From positions 1 to 64,000 of the forward strand of contig JAWOID010000108.1 in the NCBI GenBank assembly GCA_046484865.1: a stretch of 64,000 nt of DNA. Reading direction: 5' to 3'. Below are positions 9,051 through 19,205 of this stretch, in pieces. A model generated the notes under the pieces. That model had not been told where the DNA came from, did no database searches, and saw only the letters and a program-made list of their open reading frames with translations. Numbering within the stretch: position 1 is the first letter of the stretch; each line of letters starts with the position of its first letter. Position numbers and translations under genes: made by a program. The DNA is from Candidatus Krumholzibacteriia bacterium. Its GTDB lineage: Bacteria; Krumholzibacteriota; Krumholzibacteriia; LZORAL124-64-63.

Positions 9051-11105
9051 ATGCAGCCTTCGCATCCGCCGACCGGACAGGATACCTCCACCTGCGGCCC
9101 TGGTCCGGACAGCCGCGCGGACGCCGGGCAGCCGGCAGCCTCGGTGCCTCGCGGCACGATGGCCGGGCGCGGCGCCGACGGCGCGACCGTGACCGGCGGT
9201 CGCGATCCTGCGGGCTGGCGCCACCTCCTGGCCCGGCACCGGCTCCTGGTGGGAGCGGTGCTCTTCGCCGCCGTGGCCGCGCTTGGTTTCACCGGGGCGT
9301 TCGTCATCCGCTTCGAGCTGCCTACCGTGGGCGACCTGCCCGTCGCCTGGACCGGCTGGTGGCTGGCGATGCTGCCGGGGGTGGTCGCCCTGCGCGCGGC
9401 CGCCTGCCTGGCGGCGGGCCTGCACCGCAGCTCGTGGCGCCACGCCGCTGCGCGTGACGCCCTGCCCACCGCCCTGGCGGCGGGCGCCGGGACGCTGGCG
9501 GTCGTCGCGCTGGCGGCCGCGATGTGGGGAGGTGCTTTTCCTCGCAGCGTGCTGGCCATCGACGCCGTGCTGCACCTGCTGCTGCTGGCGGGCGTCCGGT
9601 ACGCGGGGCGCGTGGTCGAGGAGGTGCGCGCCGGGCGCTCCGCGGGTGCCCGCAAGCGGGTGCTCGTGATCGGCGCCGGCGTGGCCGGCTCTCTCACGGT
9701 GCGTACCATGCGCAGCCTGGGGGAGTACTGGCCGGTGGCCCTGCTGGACGACGACCCGGACAAGCAGGGCAGCACGCTGTTCGGAGTCCCGGTGACGGGT
9801 CCCGTGGACGAAGTGGAGGAGACGGCCCGCCGGTACGCGGCCGAGGCGGTGGTGGTGGCCATCCCCACCGCCACCACCCGTCAGTTCTATCGCATCGTGC
9901 AGCTCTGCAGGGCCACCGGTCTGCCCTTGAAGACCGTGCCCGACCTCGCCCAGATCCTCAGCGGCAGCGCCGCGGTCGCCCGGGTCACCGATTTCTGCCT
10001 CGAGGACCTGCTCGACCGGCGGCCCATGCGCACCGACCCGCCGGAGATCCGCAGCTTCCTGGCCGGACGCACGGTTCTGGTGACGGGCGCCGCGGGAAGC
10101 ATCGGCTCCGAGCTGTGCAGCCAGATCGTGGCGAGCGGCGCGGGTCGCCTGCTGTGCCTCGACCGCGACGAGAACGGCCTCTTCCGGCTGGAGCATGCCC
10201 TGCGCCGTCTGGGCGGCAGCAGCGAGCTGGTGTTCCACCTCGCCGACATCCGCGACCGCGGCCGGCTCGAACCCCTCTTCGCCGAGGGCAAGCCGGCGGT
10301 GGTGTTCCATGCCGCCGCGTACAAGCACGTGCCCATCCTGCAGCATCACCCGGTGGAGGCGATCCGCACCAACGTGGGCGGAACGCGCCTGGTGGCCGAG
10401 CTGGCGCACCTGCACGGGGCGGAGCACTTCGTGTTCATCTCCACCGACAAGGCGGTGCGCCCCACCAGCGTGATGGGGGCCACCAAGCGGATCGCCGAGC
10501 GGGTGGTGCGCGCGTACGACCAGCGCAGCGCCACTCGCTTCTGCGCGATCCGCTTCGGCAACGTGCTCGGCAGCAACGGCAGCGTGGTCGAGCTGTTCCG
10601 CGACCAGATCCGCCGGGGCGGACCGGTGACGGTCACCCATCCCGAGATCGAGCGGTACTTCATGACCATCCCCGAGGCGGTCCACCTGGTGCTCTGCGCC
10701 GCGACGATGGGCCGCGGCGGCGAGACGTACATCCTGGACATGGGCGAGCCCATCCGGATCGACCAGCTCGCCCGCCAGATCATCCAGCTCTCCGGGCTCA
10801 GTCCGGACGTGGACGTGCCGATCGTCTACACGGGCCTGCGCCCGGGCGAGAAGCTCTACGAGGAGCTGTGGAGCGAGGGCGAGCGGCCTGCGCCGACGGC
10901 TCACCGGGGTATCCTGCAGTCCGCCGGCGAGGAGGCGCTGCCCGAACGACTGGAGCAGGAAGTGATCCGGCTGCTGAACTCCGCTGCGGATAACGACCTG
11001 GAAGCATGCTGGACCAGCCTGCTGAGGCTGGTCCCCACCTTCCAGGGCGAGCGGGGCGACGATGCCGCCCGGCCGCCGCGCCGCGGCCGGGCGATGCAGG
11101 CCTGA
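9051..11105 (+). CDS. Membrane-anchored nucleotide-sugar 4,6-dehydratase (CapD/PglF/WbpM family)
   Basis: Four N-terminal TM helices, GAGVAG, TGAAGSIGSE, HAAAYKHVP, STDKAV, RFGNVLGS, GLRPGEKLYEEL. Start uncertain (9051 or 9159). Confidence 0.94.
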   Translation: MQPSHPPTGQDTSTCGPGPDSRADAGQPAASVPRGTMAGRGADGATVTGGRDPAGWRHLLARHRLLVGAVLFAAVAALGFTGAFVIRFELPTVGDLPVAWTGWWLAMLPGVVALRAAACLAAGLHRSSWRHAAARDALPTALAAGAGTLAVVALAAAMWGGAFPRSVLAIDAVLHLLLLAGVRYAGRVVEEVRAGRSAGARKRVLVIGAGVAGSLTVRTMRSLGEYWPVALLDDDPDKQGSTLFGVPVTGPVDEVEETARRYAAEAVVVAIPTATTRQFYRIVQLCRATGLPLKTVPDLAQILSGSAAVARVTDFCLEDLLDRRPMRTDPPEIRSFLAGRTVLVTGAAGSIGSELCSQIVASGAGRLLCLDRDENGLFRLEHALRRLGGSSELVFHLADIRDRGRLEPLFAEGKPAVVFHAAAYKHVPILQHHPVEAIRTNVGGTRLVAELAHLHGAEHFVFISTDKAVRPTSVMGATKRIAERVVRAYDQRSATRFCAIRFGNVLGSNGSVVELFRDQIRRGGPVTVTHPEIERYFMTIPEAVHLVLCAATMGRGGETYILDMGEPIRIDQLARQIIQLSGLSPDVDVPIVYTGLRPGEKLYEELWSEGERPAPTAHRGILQSAGEEALPERLEQEVIRLLNSAADNDLEACWTSLLRLVPTFQGERGDDAARPPRRGRAMQA

Positions 11106-11154
11106 ATCCGTCCGCGGGAGAGGGAGCGGCGGCGCCTCGCCGCGCGGATGCCGC

Positions 11155-11183
11155 TTGCCTCGAAATGCGGGCCGATCTATATT
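11155..11183 (+). promoter_or_regulatory. Sigma70-type promoter for rpsO-pnp
   Basis: TTGCCT-N17-TATATT. Confidence 0.6.
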
Positions 11184-11365
11184 CCCGTGACGCCACGGCG
11201 GGTGGGTGCGGACTCCGTGCTCGCTCCGTGTGCGTTTTTGAGCGGGTGTGACGCGTTCCGGTCACCCGGAGGGCGCCGTGTGGGAACATGCGGTGCCATC
11301 GAGCGTTCACCTGCTGCCATCGTGACGTGACCGGCGTGTCCGGTCGAACGCGGAGGTTCTCGACG

Positions 11366-11635
11366 ATGGCGCTGAGCAAGGATCGTAAGAACGAGGTCAT
11401 CCAGAAATTCCAGAAACACGAGAGCGACTCGGGTTCGCCCGAGGTCCAGATCGCGTTGCTGACCGAGCGCATCAACGGTCTCAGCGGCCACTTCAAGACG
11501 CACGCCAAGGATCATCACTCCAGGCGGGGGCTCCTGAAGATGGTCGGCCAGCGGAAGCGGCTGCTGAATTACCTGAAGCGCAAGGATCTGGACAGCTATC
11601 GCGCGCTGATCAAGGAACTCGGTATCCGGGGTTGA
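11366..11635 (+). CDS. rpsO: 30S ribosomal protein S15
   Basis: [39 protein letters not shown] 11366 after GGAGG. Confidence 0.99.
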   Translation: MALSKDRKNEVIQKFQKHESDSGSPEVQIALLTERINGLSGHFKTHAKDHHSRRGLLKMVGQRKRLLNYLKRKDLDSYRALIKELGIRG

Positions 11636-11881
11636 GCCCGGCCGCCGACCCTCGTGCCATCCGGCGCAGCCTGTCCTGCCGCAACGAGGTGGGGTCGCCG
11701 CGGGTCGAGAACCCACGGCGATCGTCGTGCTGTCCGGAGGTGAGGCCCCGCGGGCAGGGCCGCAGCAAGCAGCAAGCAAGCCGTAAAGCTGTAGGGAAGA
11801 GTCAATCAAGGTTTCAGCAATCGAACGACCAGGCGCCGGCCGCCCGCAGCGCCCGCCGTGGTTGAGGAAGGAACGCGATCG

Positions 11882-14101
11882 ATGGAAAAGCATGTAGTGA
11901 GCCTGGAGATCAACGGGACGACGTTTTCCCTCGAGACCGGGCGCATGGCCAAGCAGGCCAACGGTTCCGTGGTGGTGCGCATGGGCGACACGATGGCCCT
12001 CATGACGGTGACGGCCGACCGGAAGCCCCTCGACAAGGATTTTCTGCCGCTCTACGTGGAATATCGTAACAAGACCTACGCCGCCGGGAAGATCCCGGGT
12101 GGTTTCTTCAAGCGCGAGGCGCGGCCCTCGGAGAACGAGATCCTCACCGCGCGGCTGATCGACCGGCCGCTGCGGCCCATGTTCCCCAAGAGCTACCGCT
12201 ACGACACGCAGGTCGTCGCGTTCATCATCAGCGCCGATCCCGACTTTCACGCCGACGTGCTGAGCATCACCGCCGCCTCCGCGGCCCTGAACCTGTCGGA
12301 CGTGCCGTTCGACACGGTGCTCTCGGGCGTCCGGGTGGCCGAGGTGGACGGCGAGTTCGTGGCGAACCCAAGCTTCGAACAGATCGATGCCTCGCCCATG
12401 GACCTCGTGGTCGCCGGCACCGACGACATCGTCTGCATGATCGAGGGCGCTTGCGAGGAAGTGAGCGAGAGCCGGCTGCTGGACGCCATCGAGTTCGCTC
12501 ACGACTGGATCCGCAAGCTCAACGCCCTGCAGCGCAGCCTCTTCGAGCAGGCCGGCCGCAAGCAGAAGTGGGAACTGCCCGAGGTCGAGGACCTGTCCAG
12601 CCTGCTCTCCCGCCTGGAAGCGGAATACGGCCCGGAGTTGAAGAGCGCCATCGCCATGGGCGGCAAGGCCGAGCGTGCCGACGCGGTGGCCGCCGTCAAG
12701 GCCCGTGCCCGGGAGGAGAACCTCGCCGAGGACGGCCAGGCGGATCCGCGGGTGAACGAGGTCATGGGCAAGCTCGAGAAGCAGCTCATGCGCCGCATGA
12801 TCCTCGAGGAGAGGCGCCGGGTCGACGGCCGCGACCTCACCACCGTGCGCCCGATCACCGTCGACCTCGGAGTTTTGCCGCGGGCTCACGGCAGCAGCCT
12901 GTTCACCCGTGGCGAGACCCAGGCTCTGGGCACCGCCACCTTCGGCGCCAAGCAGGCGGAGCAGCGCGTGGAGCCGCTGAACACCGAGCAGTACTGGAGC
13001 AAGTACTACCTCCACTACAACTTCCCGCCCTTCAGCGTGGGCGAGGTGGGGCGTTACACCGGCACCGGACGGCGTGAGATCGGCCATGGCAAGCTGGCCG
13101 AGCGCGCCATCGAGCCGATCCTTCCGAGCACCGAGGACTTCCCGTACACCATCCGCCTGGTGAGCGACATCCTCGAGTCGAACGGATCGTCCTCCATGGC
13201 GAGCGTCTGCGCCTGCTGCCTGGCGCTGATGGACGGCGGCTGCCCCATCCTCAAGCCGGTGGCGGGCGTGGCCATGGGCCTGATCAAGGAAGGCGAGGAA
13301 CTGGCCATCCTCACCGACATCCTCGGCGTGGAGGATCACCTCGGCGACATGGACTTCAAGGTCACCGGCACCCGTGACGGCATCACCGCCTTCCAGATGG
13401 ACACCAAGATCGGCGGCATCAGCCGCGCCATCATGGAGGAGGCGCTCGAGAACGCGCGGAGCGCACGCGAGCACATCCTGGGCGAGATGGCGAAGGCGCT
13501 GCCCGAGCCGCGCGCCGAGATGGCGGCCCACGCGCCCAGGATCGAGACCATCCAGATCCCGGTGAAGAAGATCGGCGAGCTGATCGGCCCGGGCGGCAAG
13601 GTCATCAAGAAGATCCAGGAGGAGACCGGCGCCGGCATCGAGGTCGATGACGACGGCACCGTGTACATCTCGTCCACCGACCAGTCGAGCGGTGACGCCG
13701 CCATGGCCTTCGTCAGGGGCCTGATGGCGGAGCCCGAGGTCGGCAAGGTCTACAAGGGTCTGGTCAAGACGATCGTGGACTTCGGCGCGTTCGTGGAGTA
13801 CCTGCCGGGTCGTGACGGTCTGCTGCACATCTCCGAGCTGGAGCACTTCCGCGTGGGGAACGTGGAGGACGTGCTGCAGGTGGGCGACGAACTGGACGTG
13901 AAGCTGGTGGAGGTGGACAGCCGCACGGGCAAGGTCCGTCTCAGCCGTCGCGCCCTGTTGCCGCCCCCCGAGGGGATGACGGCCGAGGACCTGGAGGCGG
14001 CGGAGGCCCGCCGCAGCCGCGGCGGCGATCGCGGCGCCGGCGGTGATCGCGGCGGTCGCGGTGGCGGCGGCGGTCGGCGCGGCGGAGGACGCGGCCGCTA
14101 G
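11882..14101 (+). CDS. pnp: Polyribonucleotide nucleotidyltransferase (PNPase)
   Basis: [44 protein letters not shown] and S1 domains; follows rpsO. Confidence 0.99.
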   Translation: MEKHVVSLEINGTTFSLETGRMAKQANGSVVVRMGDTMALMTVTADRKPLDKDFLPLYVEYRNKTYAAGKIPGGFFKREARPSENEILTARLIDRPLRPMFPKSYRYDTQVVAFIISADPDFHADVLSITAASAALNLSDVPFDTVLSGVRVAEVDGEFVANPSFEQIDASPMDLVVAGTDDIVCMIEGACEEVSESRLLDAIEFAHDWIRKLNALQRSLFEQAGRKQKWELPEVEDLSSLLSRLEAEYGPELKSAIAMGGKAERADAVAAVKARAREENLAEDGQADPRVNEVMGKLEKQLMRRMILEERRRVDGRDLTTVRPITVDLGVLPRAHGSSLFTRGETQALGTATFGAKQAEQRVEPLNTEQYWSKYYLHYNFPPFSVGEVGRYTGTGRREIGHGKLAERAIEPILPSTEDFPYTIRLVSDILESNGSSSMASVCACCLALMDGGCPILKPVAGVAMGLIKEGEELAILTDILGVEDHLGDMDFKVTGTRDGITAFQMDTKIGGISRAIMEEALENARSAREHILGEMAKALPEPRAEMAAHAPRIETIQIPVKKIGELIGPGGKVIKKIQEETGAGIEVDDDGTVYISSTDQSSGDAAMAFVRGLMAEPEVGKVYKGLVKTIVDFGAFVEYLPGRDGLLHISELEHFRVGNVEDVLQVGDELDVKLVEVDSRTGKVRLSRRALLPPPEGMTAEDLEAAEARRSRGGDRGAGGDRGGRGGGGGRRGGGRGR

Positions 14102-14103
14102 AC

Positions 14104-15471
14104 ATGAACATCGATCCTTACCGTGACGAGCTGCCGCCGGTGCGGGAATTCCTGCCCGGCGGCGCCGTCCTCCTCAGCGTGCCCATGCCCAGCGCTCACT
14201 CGGTGACGCTGGGCGTGTGGCTGCGTACCGGCAGCGAGGACGAGCCGCCCGCCCTGGGCGGCATGTCCCACTTCATGGAGCACATCGTCTTCAAGGGCAG
14301 CGAGAGCCGTTCGGCCCTCGAGATCGCCACCGCCTTCGACGGCCTCGGCGCCATCGTCGACGCCTTCACCACCAAGGACCACGTGGCGTTCACGGTGAAG
14401 GTGCTGCCGGAGTACTTCGTGCCGGCGGTGGACCTGCTGAGCGACATGCTCCTGCGACCGAACCTCCACCCGGACCTGATCGCGCTCGAGCAGGACGTCG
14501 TGCTCGAGGAGATCCAGGAGGCCCTCGACACCCCCGAGGACCGCCTCCACGACGCGTTCGCCGCGCGGGTCTACGGCCGGCACTCTCGCGGCCGACCCAT
14601 CCTGGGCACGCCCGCCTCGGTGCGGGCGCTCGCGGCGGACGTGCTGCGACGCGAGCACCGGCGCTTGTTCGCGGCGTCCAACGTGGTGCTCTCGATGGCC
14701 GGCAACCTCGATACGCGCCACCGTGACGTGGTGCTCGACCGCTTCCATCTGCCGGCGCCGGACGCGCCGCCGGCGGCGGCGACCGGCGGCAGCGACGCGG
14801 CCGAGCCCGGGACTCCGGGCGTGATCGCACCCGCAGACGATGGCGGCAACGGCCGTCAGGCCGGCGAGGGTCGCCAGGCCGGCGATGGAGACGATGGTCG
14901 CGACAATGGCGGCGACCGGTTGCGTCTGGACAGCCCGATCCTGCAGAGCTACTTCGAGATCGGCAATCGCGCGGTATCCTACCGCCACGACGACCGCCTG
15001 CCCGTCCTGTTGCTGGGCAACGTCCTGGGGGGCGGCATGAGCAGTCGCGTCTTCCAGGCGGTGCGCGAGCGCGAGGGCCTGGCCTACACCGTCTATACCT
15101 ACAGCGACATGGGCCGCGATGCGGGACTGGTGAGCTGCGCTGGCAGCTGCTCGCCCCGCAAGGAGAAGCGTCTGGAGCAGGTGGTGCGGGAGGAGTACGC
15201 GCGTGTGATCGCCGAGGGGATCTCAGCCGAGGAACTGGAGAACAACCGCGCGCAGATCAAGTCGCAGCTCATCTTCTCGCTGGAGGGCGTCTCCAACCAG
15301 ATGGCCCGCGCGGCCAAGAACGAGATCAACTACGGTCGCTTCGTCCCGGTGGCGGAGCTGGTGGACCGCATCGACGCCATCGACACCGCCGCCATCCAGC
15401 GGTGTGCCCGCCGTTACTTCTCGCCCGAGCATCTGATCGTCGCCACGCACGGCCCCGGCGCGGACGCCTGA
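14104..15471 (+). CDS. M16-family (pitrilysin-like) zinc peptidase
   Basis: HFMEH (HxxEH) inverzincin motif, LGGGMSSR, VREREGLAY; usual position after pnp. Confidence 0.93.
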   Translation: MNIDPYRDELPPVREFLPGGAVLLSVPMPSAHSVTLGVWLRTGSEDEPPALGGMSHFMEHIVFKGSESRSALEIATAFDGLGAIVDAFTTKDHVAFTVKVLPEYFVPAVDLLSDMLLRPNLHPDLIALEQDVVLEEIQEALDTPEDRLHDAFAARVYGRHSRGRPILGTPASVRALAADVLRREHRRLFAASNVVLSMAGNLDTRHRDVVLDRFHLPAPDAPPAAATGGSDAAEPGTPGVIAPADDGGNGRQAGEGRQAGDGDDGRDNGGDRLRLDSPILQSYFEIGNRAVSYRHDDRLPVLLLGNVLGGGMSSRVFQAVREREGLAYTVYTYSDMGRDAGLVSCAGSCSPRKEKRLEQVVREEYARVIAEGISAEELENNRAQIKSQLIFSLEGVSNQMARAAKNEINYGRFVPVAELVDRIDAIDTAAIQRCARRYFSPEHLIVATHGPGADA

Positions 15472-15501
15472 CCTTTTCGGCCGGCTGATCGGTCGTCGAA
15501 G

Positions 15502-16656
15502 TCAGGTGGCGAGCCGGAAACCCCGCCCGCCGTCCGTCAACTCGTAGCTCCAGCCCAGACCGGCGACGGTGCGGCGGGTGTGATCGGCGAGGAGGCCGTG
15601 GCTCGCGAGCTCGACCAGATCGTGGGGATACTTGCCGTGCCGGGACTGGAACAGCTCGAGCGATTCCACCACCTCGGCCTGGAGCTGACGCAGGCGCAGG
15701 TCGCGCGAGGCCAGGCGGGAGGGAGCGAGCCAGGCGGTGGCCGGATCCGGGACGGTGCCGGCGTCGCCGACCGCCACCGGTGCCGTGAGGCCGAACGGTT
15801 CATCGCCCGCCAGCGGCGCCCAGCGCAGGCCGCCGAAGGCCAGCAAGGCTGCCACCGCCAGCAACGTCAGGGGCAACGAGCGCAGCTGGTGCCGCCGGCG
15901 CTGCCGGCGTTCGCCGCCCTCGCCGGCACCCACGGTCACCAGGTCGTCGGTGGATTCGTGGATCGCCAGCCATCCCTGCTGGCAGAACCGGTGCAGCAGT
16001 TCGCGCACGGTGAAGCTGTCCGCGCGTCCGGACCTGATGATGCGGCCCAGCGGATAGCCGGCGAGCGCCAGCTCCATGATCCGGCGTCCGTCGGGGGAAA
16101 GCGCATCCGCGACGGGCGTCTCCGGTCCCTGCTCGAAGGTGATCGCCTGCGAGGGCATGGCTTCCAGCAGCAACGGTTCCTCGTCCGTGCGGCGGGCGGC
16201 TTCCATGAGCAGCGCCTGCACGTCCATCCGGAACCGTCCGCGCACGCCCGGCGGCGAGTCCTTGGTGGCGGTGAAGTGGTAGCGGCCGCGGCGCAGCTTC
16301 ATGCCGCGATGGGCCATCTCCTGCGCCACGCTGCGCAGGACCTGCGACAGCGTCGTCTCGTCCAGAAGCTGCTCCGAGACCAGGATCTCGGTGAGATCGA
16401 GCGAGCTGTTGGTCTTGATGTACTCGACGTGTCTCCACTGGTTGTCGTCGAAGAAACCGTAGGCGCGCAGGAAGATCTCGAGCGGATCCGGCGACTCGCT
16501 GCGCCGGTCGCGCGTGGAGACGAGCACGCCCTTGTCGAAGACGAAGACCATCTCGCGCTGGGCTTCCAGGATCAGGAAGCCCGACTTCTGCTGGCTGGCG
16601 ATCAGCTGCAGGATGTCGGCCAGGTTGAAGTCGCTGAGCTGTCCCTTCAGGGCCAT
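15502..16656 (-). CDS. DUF4388-domain membrane protein with a pseudopilin-like C-terminal domain
   Basis: MALKGQLSDFNLADILQLIASQQKSGFL is a typical DUF4388/PatA-N start; one TM near residue 280; ATG 16656 after GGGAGGGAGG. Confidence 0.8.
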   Translation of the reverse strand: MALKGQLSDFNLADILQLIASQQKSGFLILEAQREMVFVFDKGVLVSTRDRRSESPDPLEIFLRAYGFFDDNQWRHVEYIKTNSSLDLTEILVSEQLLDETTLSQVLRSVAQEMAHRGMKLRRGRYHFTATKDSPPGVRGRFRMDVQALLMEAARRTDEEPLLLEAMPSQAITFEQGPETPVADALSPDGRRIMELALAGYPLGRIIRSGRADSFTVRELLHRFCQQGWLAIHESTDDLVTVGAGEGGERRQRRRHQLRSLPLTLLAVAALLAFGGLRWAPLAGDEPFGLTAPVAVGDAGTVPDPATAWLAPSRLASRDLRLRQLQAEVVESLELFQSRHGKYPHDLVELASHGLLADHTRRTVAGLGWSYELTDGGRGFRLAT

Positions 16657-16697
16657 GGGGCCCTCCCTCCCGCCGTTGAGAGCGTCGGTCTCGCCCG

Positions 16698-18815
16698 TCA
16701 GGCGCCGTGGCGCGCCAGGGTGCCTGCGGGGCGTTCCTGCTCGCCGGCCGCGCGCAGGAAGTGCTCGGGCACGCGGCGGCGAAGGTTGGTTCCATCGAGC
16801 AGCGCCGTCAGGTAGCTCGCGCCCACCAGGACGACGCCCGCGATCACGGGCCAGAAGTTCCATCCCTGCCAGGAGCTGGCGGGGAGCGGAAACCAGAGTG
16901 GATGCAGCGTCTCCTCCGCGAGCGCCAGACCGGGCGTCGCCCACGCGAGGGCCGGGTCGAACGTCCAGGCGAAGAGGATGGCATGGATGCCACAGGCCAG
17001 CACGAAGGCGCGGACCGCGGCACGGCGCGTGGCGCCCAGCGCCAGGTGGCCGGCGCCGGGGATCAGGCGCGCCAGCAACGACAGACGCGCCGAGCGGGCC
17101 AGCCCCACGGTCCGGCTGCGGTTCTTCAGCAGGGTCGCCAGGACCATCTCGCTGCGGGCGCGGCCGGCGGTCTCGGCGCAGGGCTGGCAGTACCAGGTGC
17201 CGCTGCGGATCTCGCAGCAGGTGCGGCAGACGATGGAGCCGCAGTTGTCGCAGCCGCGGGGATCTTCCTGATTGCTCCACCAGCGCACCAGCCCCAGGGC
17301 GGTCGTGAGCGCTCCCACCAGCAGCAGGAACAGCGACAGCGGCGGACAGCCGAGGAAGTCGCTCCAGCTCGCGATGCTCACCAGCGGCGGGTAGTTGCCG
17401 GCCTCCCGGCGGCAGCTCGCCATCAGCGCCGCCGAATCCGGTCCCAGGTACACCACGGGGGAGTAGCCGTTCGCGTCCCCGGTGACGTCCTCCCACGGCG
17501 GTGGGTGGAAGCCGAGCCCGCGCGCCGCCTCGAGCGCCTCCGACGCCTCCGGCACGAAGAGCTTCTTGAAGTACACCTGCGCGAGGTTGTAGGGGATCTG
17601 ACCCCGGCCCGGCGCCAGATCGCGCGCGGCCTGGTATCCCTGCACCGCCGCATCCAGGCGTCCCAGGTAGTACGTGTTGTTGGCGAGGTTCACCTGCGCC
17701 GGAACGTTCTGCGGCTGGTGCTGGAGGACCTCGTGCAGCAGCTCGTTGCTGCGGTCGTAGCGGCCGCCGCGGGCATGCTGGATGGCGAGTGCGAGTTGCA
17801 GGCGGGCGCGGCGGTCCCGGTCCTCGGCCTGCGCGAGCCGCGTCTCCAGCGAACGCATCAGCTGCGTGCTCACCGGCAGCTGGCTGGCACGGGCCAGCAG
17901 CGTGGTCTCGCTCGCCGGGTCGAGAACGGGGGCGGCCTGGCGGAGCAGCGGCCAGTGGGGGAAGACCAGGAATGCGGTCAGCACCCAGGTGGCCACGAGC
18001 GTCCAGCGGTTGCGCCCGCGCGCCTGGATCACCAGCGGCACCGAGATCAGGGCGAGCAGACCGATCCAGCCCGGACGCACCAGCAGGACGGCGGTCACCA
18101 GCAACAGCGGCAGCCAGGAGCGCAGGCGGTGGCGTGGATCCCGGTAGAACATCGAGGTCAGATCGTGGGCGAGGTATCGCCAGTAGGTGGCCAGATACTG
18201 CACCACCAGGATGCTCCAGAACACCGCGGCGAACAGGAGCAGGGCCTGGTGCAGTTGCACGAACAGGCGCAGGCGGTCCAGGGGGTCGGCCGCCGCCGTG
18301 CGGAGGGTGCGCGGCAGCACCCAGAGGATGGCCCCCGGGTCGAAGCGCTTGAGCACCTCTCCCGACAGCCACCAGCCGAACTGGACCTGCTCGGGATCGG
18401 CGGCCAGCGCCTGGTCCATGTGGCTCCGGGCCAGCGCGAAGTCGCCCCCGGCCGCCGCCGCGCGGGCCTCCCGGAAGGCGTACGCGGCGGCGACCGGGTC
18501 GTCCAGCCGGGGAGGTCGCCCGGGTGCCTCGTCCCGGGGTACCACCGTCGCCGCCACATCGGGCAAGACCTTGCGGGAAATGGAGATCCGTTCCGACATG
18601 GTGTCCGCCGAAACCAGGGTGTCGGATGGAGCCGCAGCCATGGCGCCGGGCGTCCCGCCCGTGCCGATCAGGAGCAGCACCATGCCGGTCAGCAGCAGCG
18701 GAGCGCCGCCGCCGCCGCGGACGCGAGTGGGAGCCGTGGACGCGGGGGCGGCCGGCTGCCGGTGCGCCGCTGCGAGCCTGCTGCATCCCTGGTTGTCGCT
18801 TGGCCGCCAGTCCAT
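16698..18815 (-). CDS. Polytopic membrane protein with TPR repeats and a Cys-rich (Zn-binding-like) segment
   Basis: TPR-like AQVNLANNTYYLG and IPYNLAQVY; CDNC..VCRTC..YCQPC cluster; LIPGAGHL motif; several TMs. Start uncertain (18815 or 18683). Confidence 0.72.
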   Translation of the reverse strand: MDWRPSDNQGCSRLAAAHRQPAAPASTAPTRVRGGGGAPLLLTGMVLLLIGTGGTPGAMAAAPSDTLVSADTMSERISISRKVLPDVAATVVPRDEAPGRPPRLDDPVAAAYAFREARAAAAGGDFALARSHMDQALAADPEQVQFGWWLSGEVLKRFDPGAILWVLPRTLRTAAADPLDRLRLFVQLHQALLLFAAVFWSILVVQYLATYWRYLAHDLTSMFYRDPRHRLRSWLPLLLVTAVLLVRPGWIGLLALISVPLVIQARGRNRWTLVATWVLTAFLVFPHWPLLRQAAPVLDPASETTLLARASQLPVSTQLMRSLETRLAQAEDRDRRARLQLALAIQHARGGRYDRSNELLHEVLQHQPQNVPAQVNLANNTYYLGRLDAAVQGYQAARDLAPGRGQIPYNLAQVYFKKLFVPEASEALEAARGLGFHPPPWEDVTGDANGYSPVVYLGPDSAALMASCRREAGNYPPLVSIASWSDFLGCPPLSLFLLLVGALTTALGLVRWWSNQEDPRGCDNCGSIVCRTCCEIRSGTWYCQPCAETAGRARSEMVLATLLKNRSRTVGLARSARLSLLARLIPGAGHLALGATRRAAVRAFVLACGIHAILFAWTFDPALAWATPGLALAEETLHPLWFPLPASSWQGWNFWPVIAGVVLVGASYLTALLDGTNLRRRVPEHFLRAAGEQERPAGTLARHGA

Positions 18816-19205
18816 CGGCGTGTTGAATCTCCGGCGTTGAGGGCGGATGATGGCCGGGCCGGCGTCCGGCCGCGGGCGGCCGGTGGCGCCGGGGTAGCGC
18901 AACCGCCCCCGGGTCCATGCGCTGGACCGCCGGCGGCGCGGCGATACGCCCGGTTCTTTCCCGTCGCGGTGACGATGATCAATGTTCATGCCGGAAATGG
19001 CCCATGATGCCTCGACCCGGCGCGTGATGGAGCCGAAGCTGGAGCCGAAAGAGGTTATCTTGAAGGGGGGCAATAGGTTGAGCCCTGAGTGTGGGATCCG
19101 TGCCGCGACCTGTCGCGGGCGGCTCGAGGACGGACGCCGCCGGACCGGTGCCGGTCGCCGGTGGAGCGGCGCGTCCGTCGCATTGCACAATGGGGCGGCC
19201 CGTTC

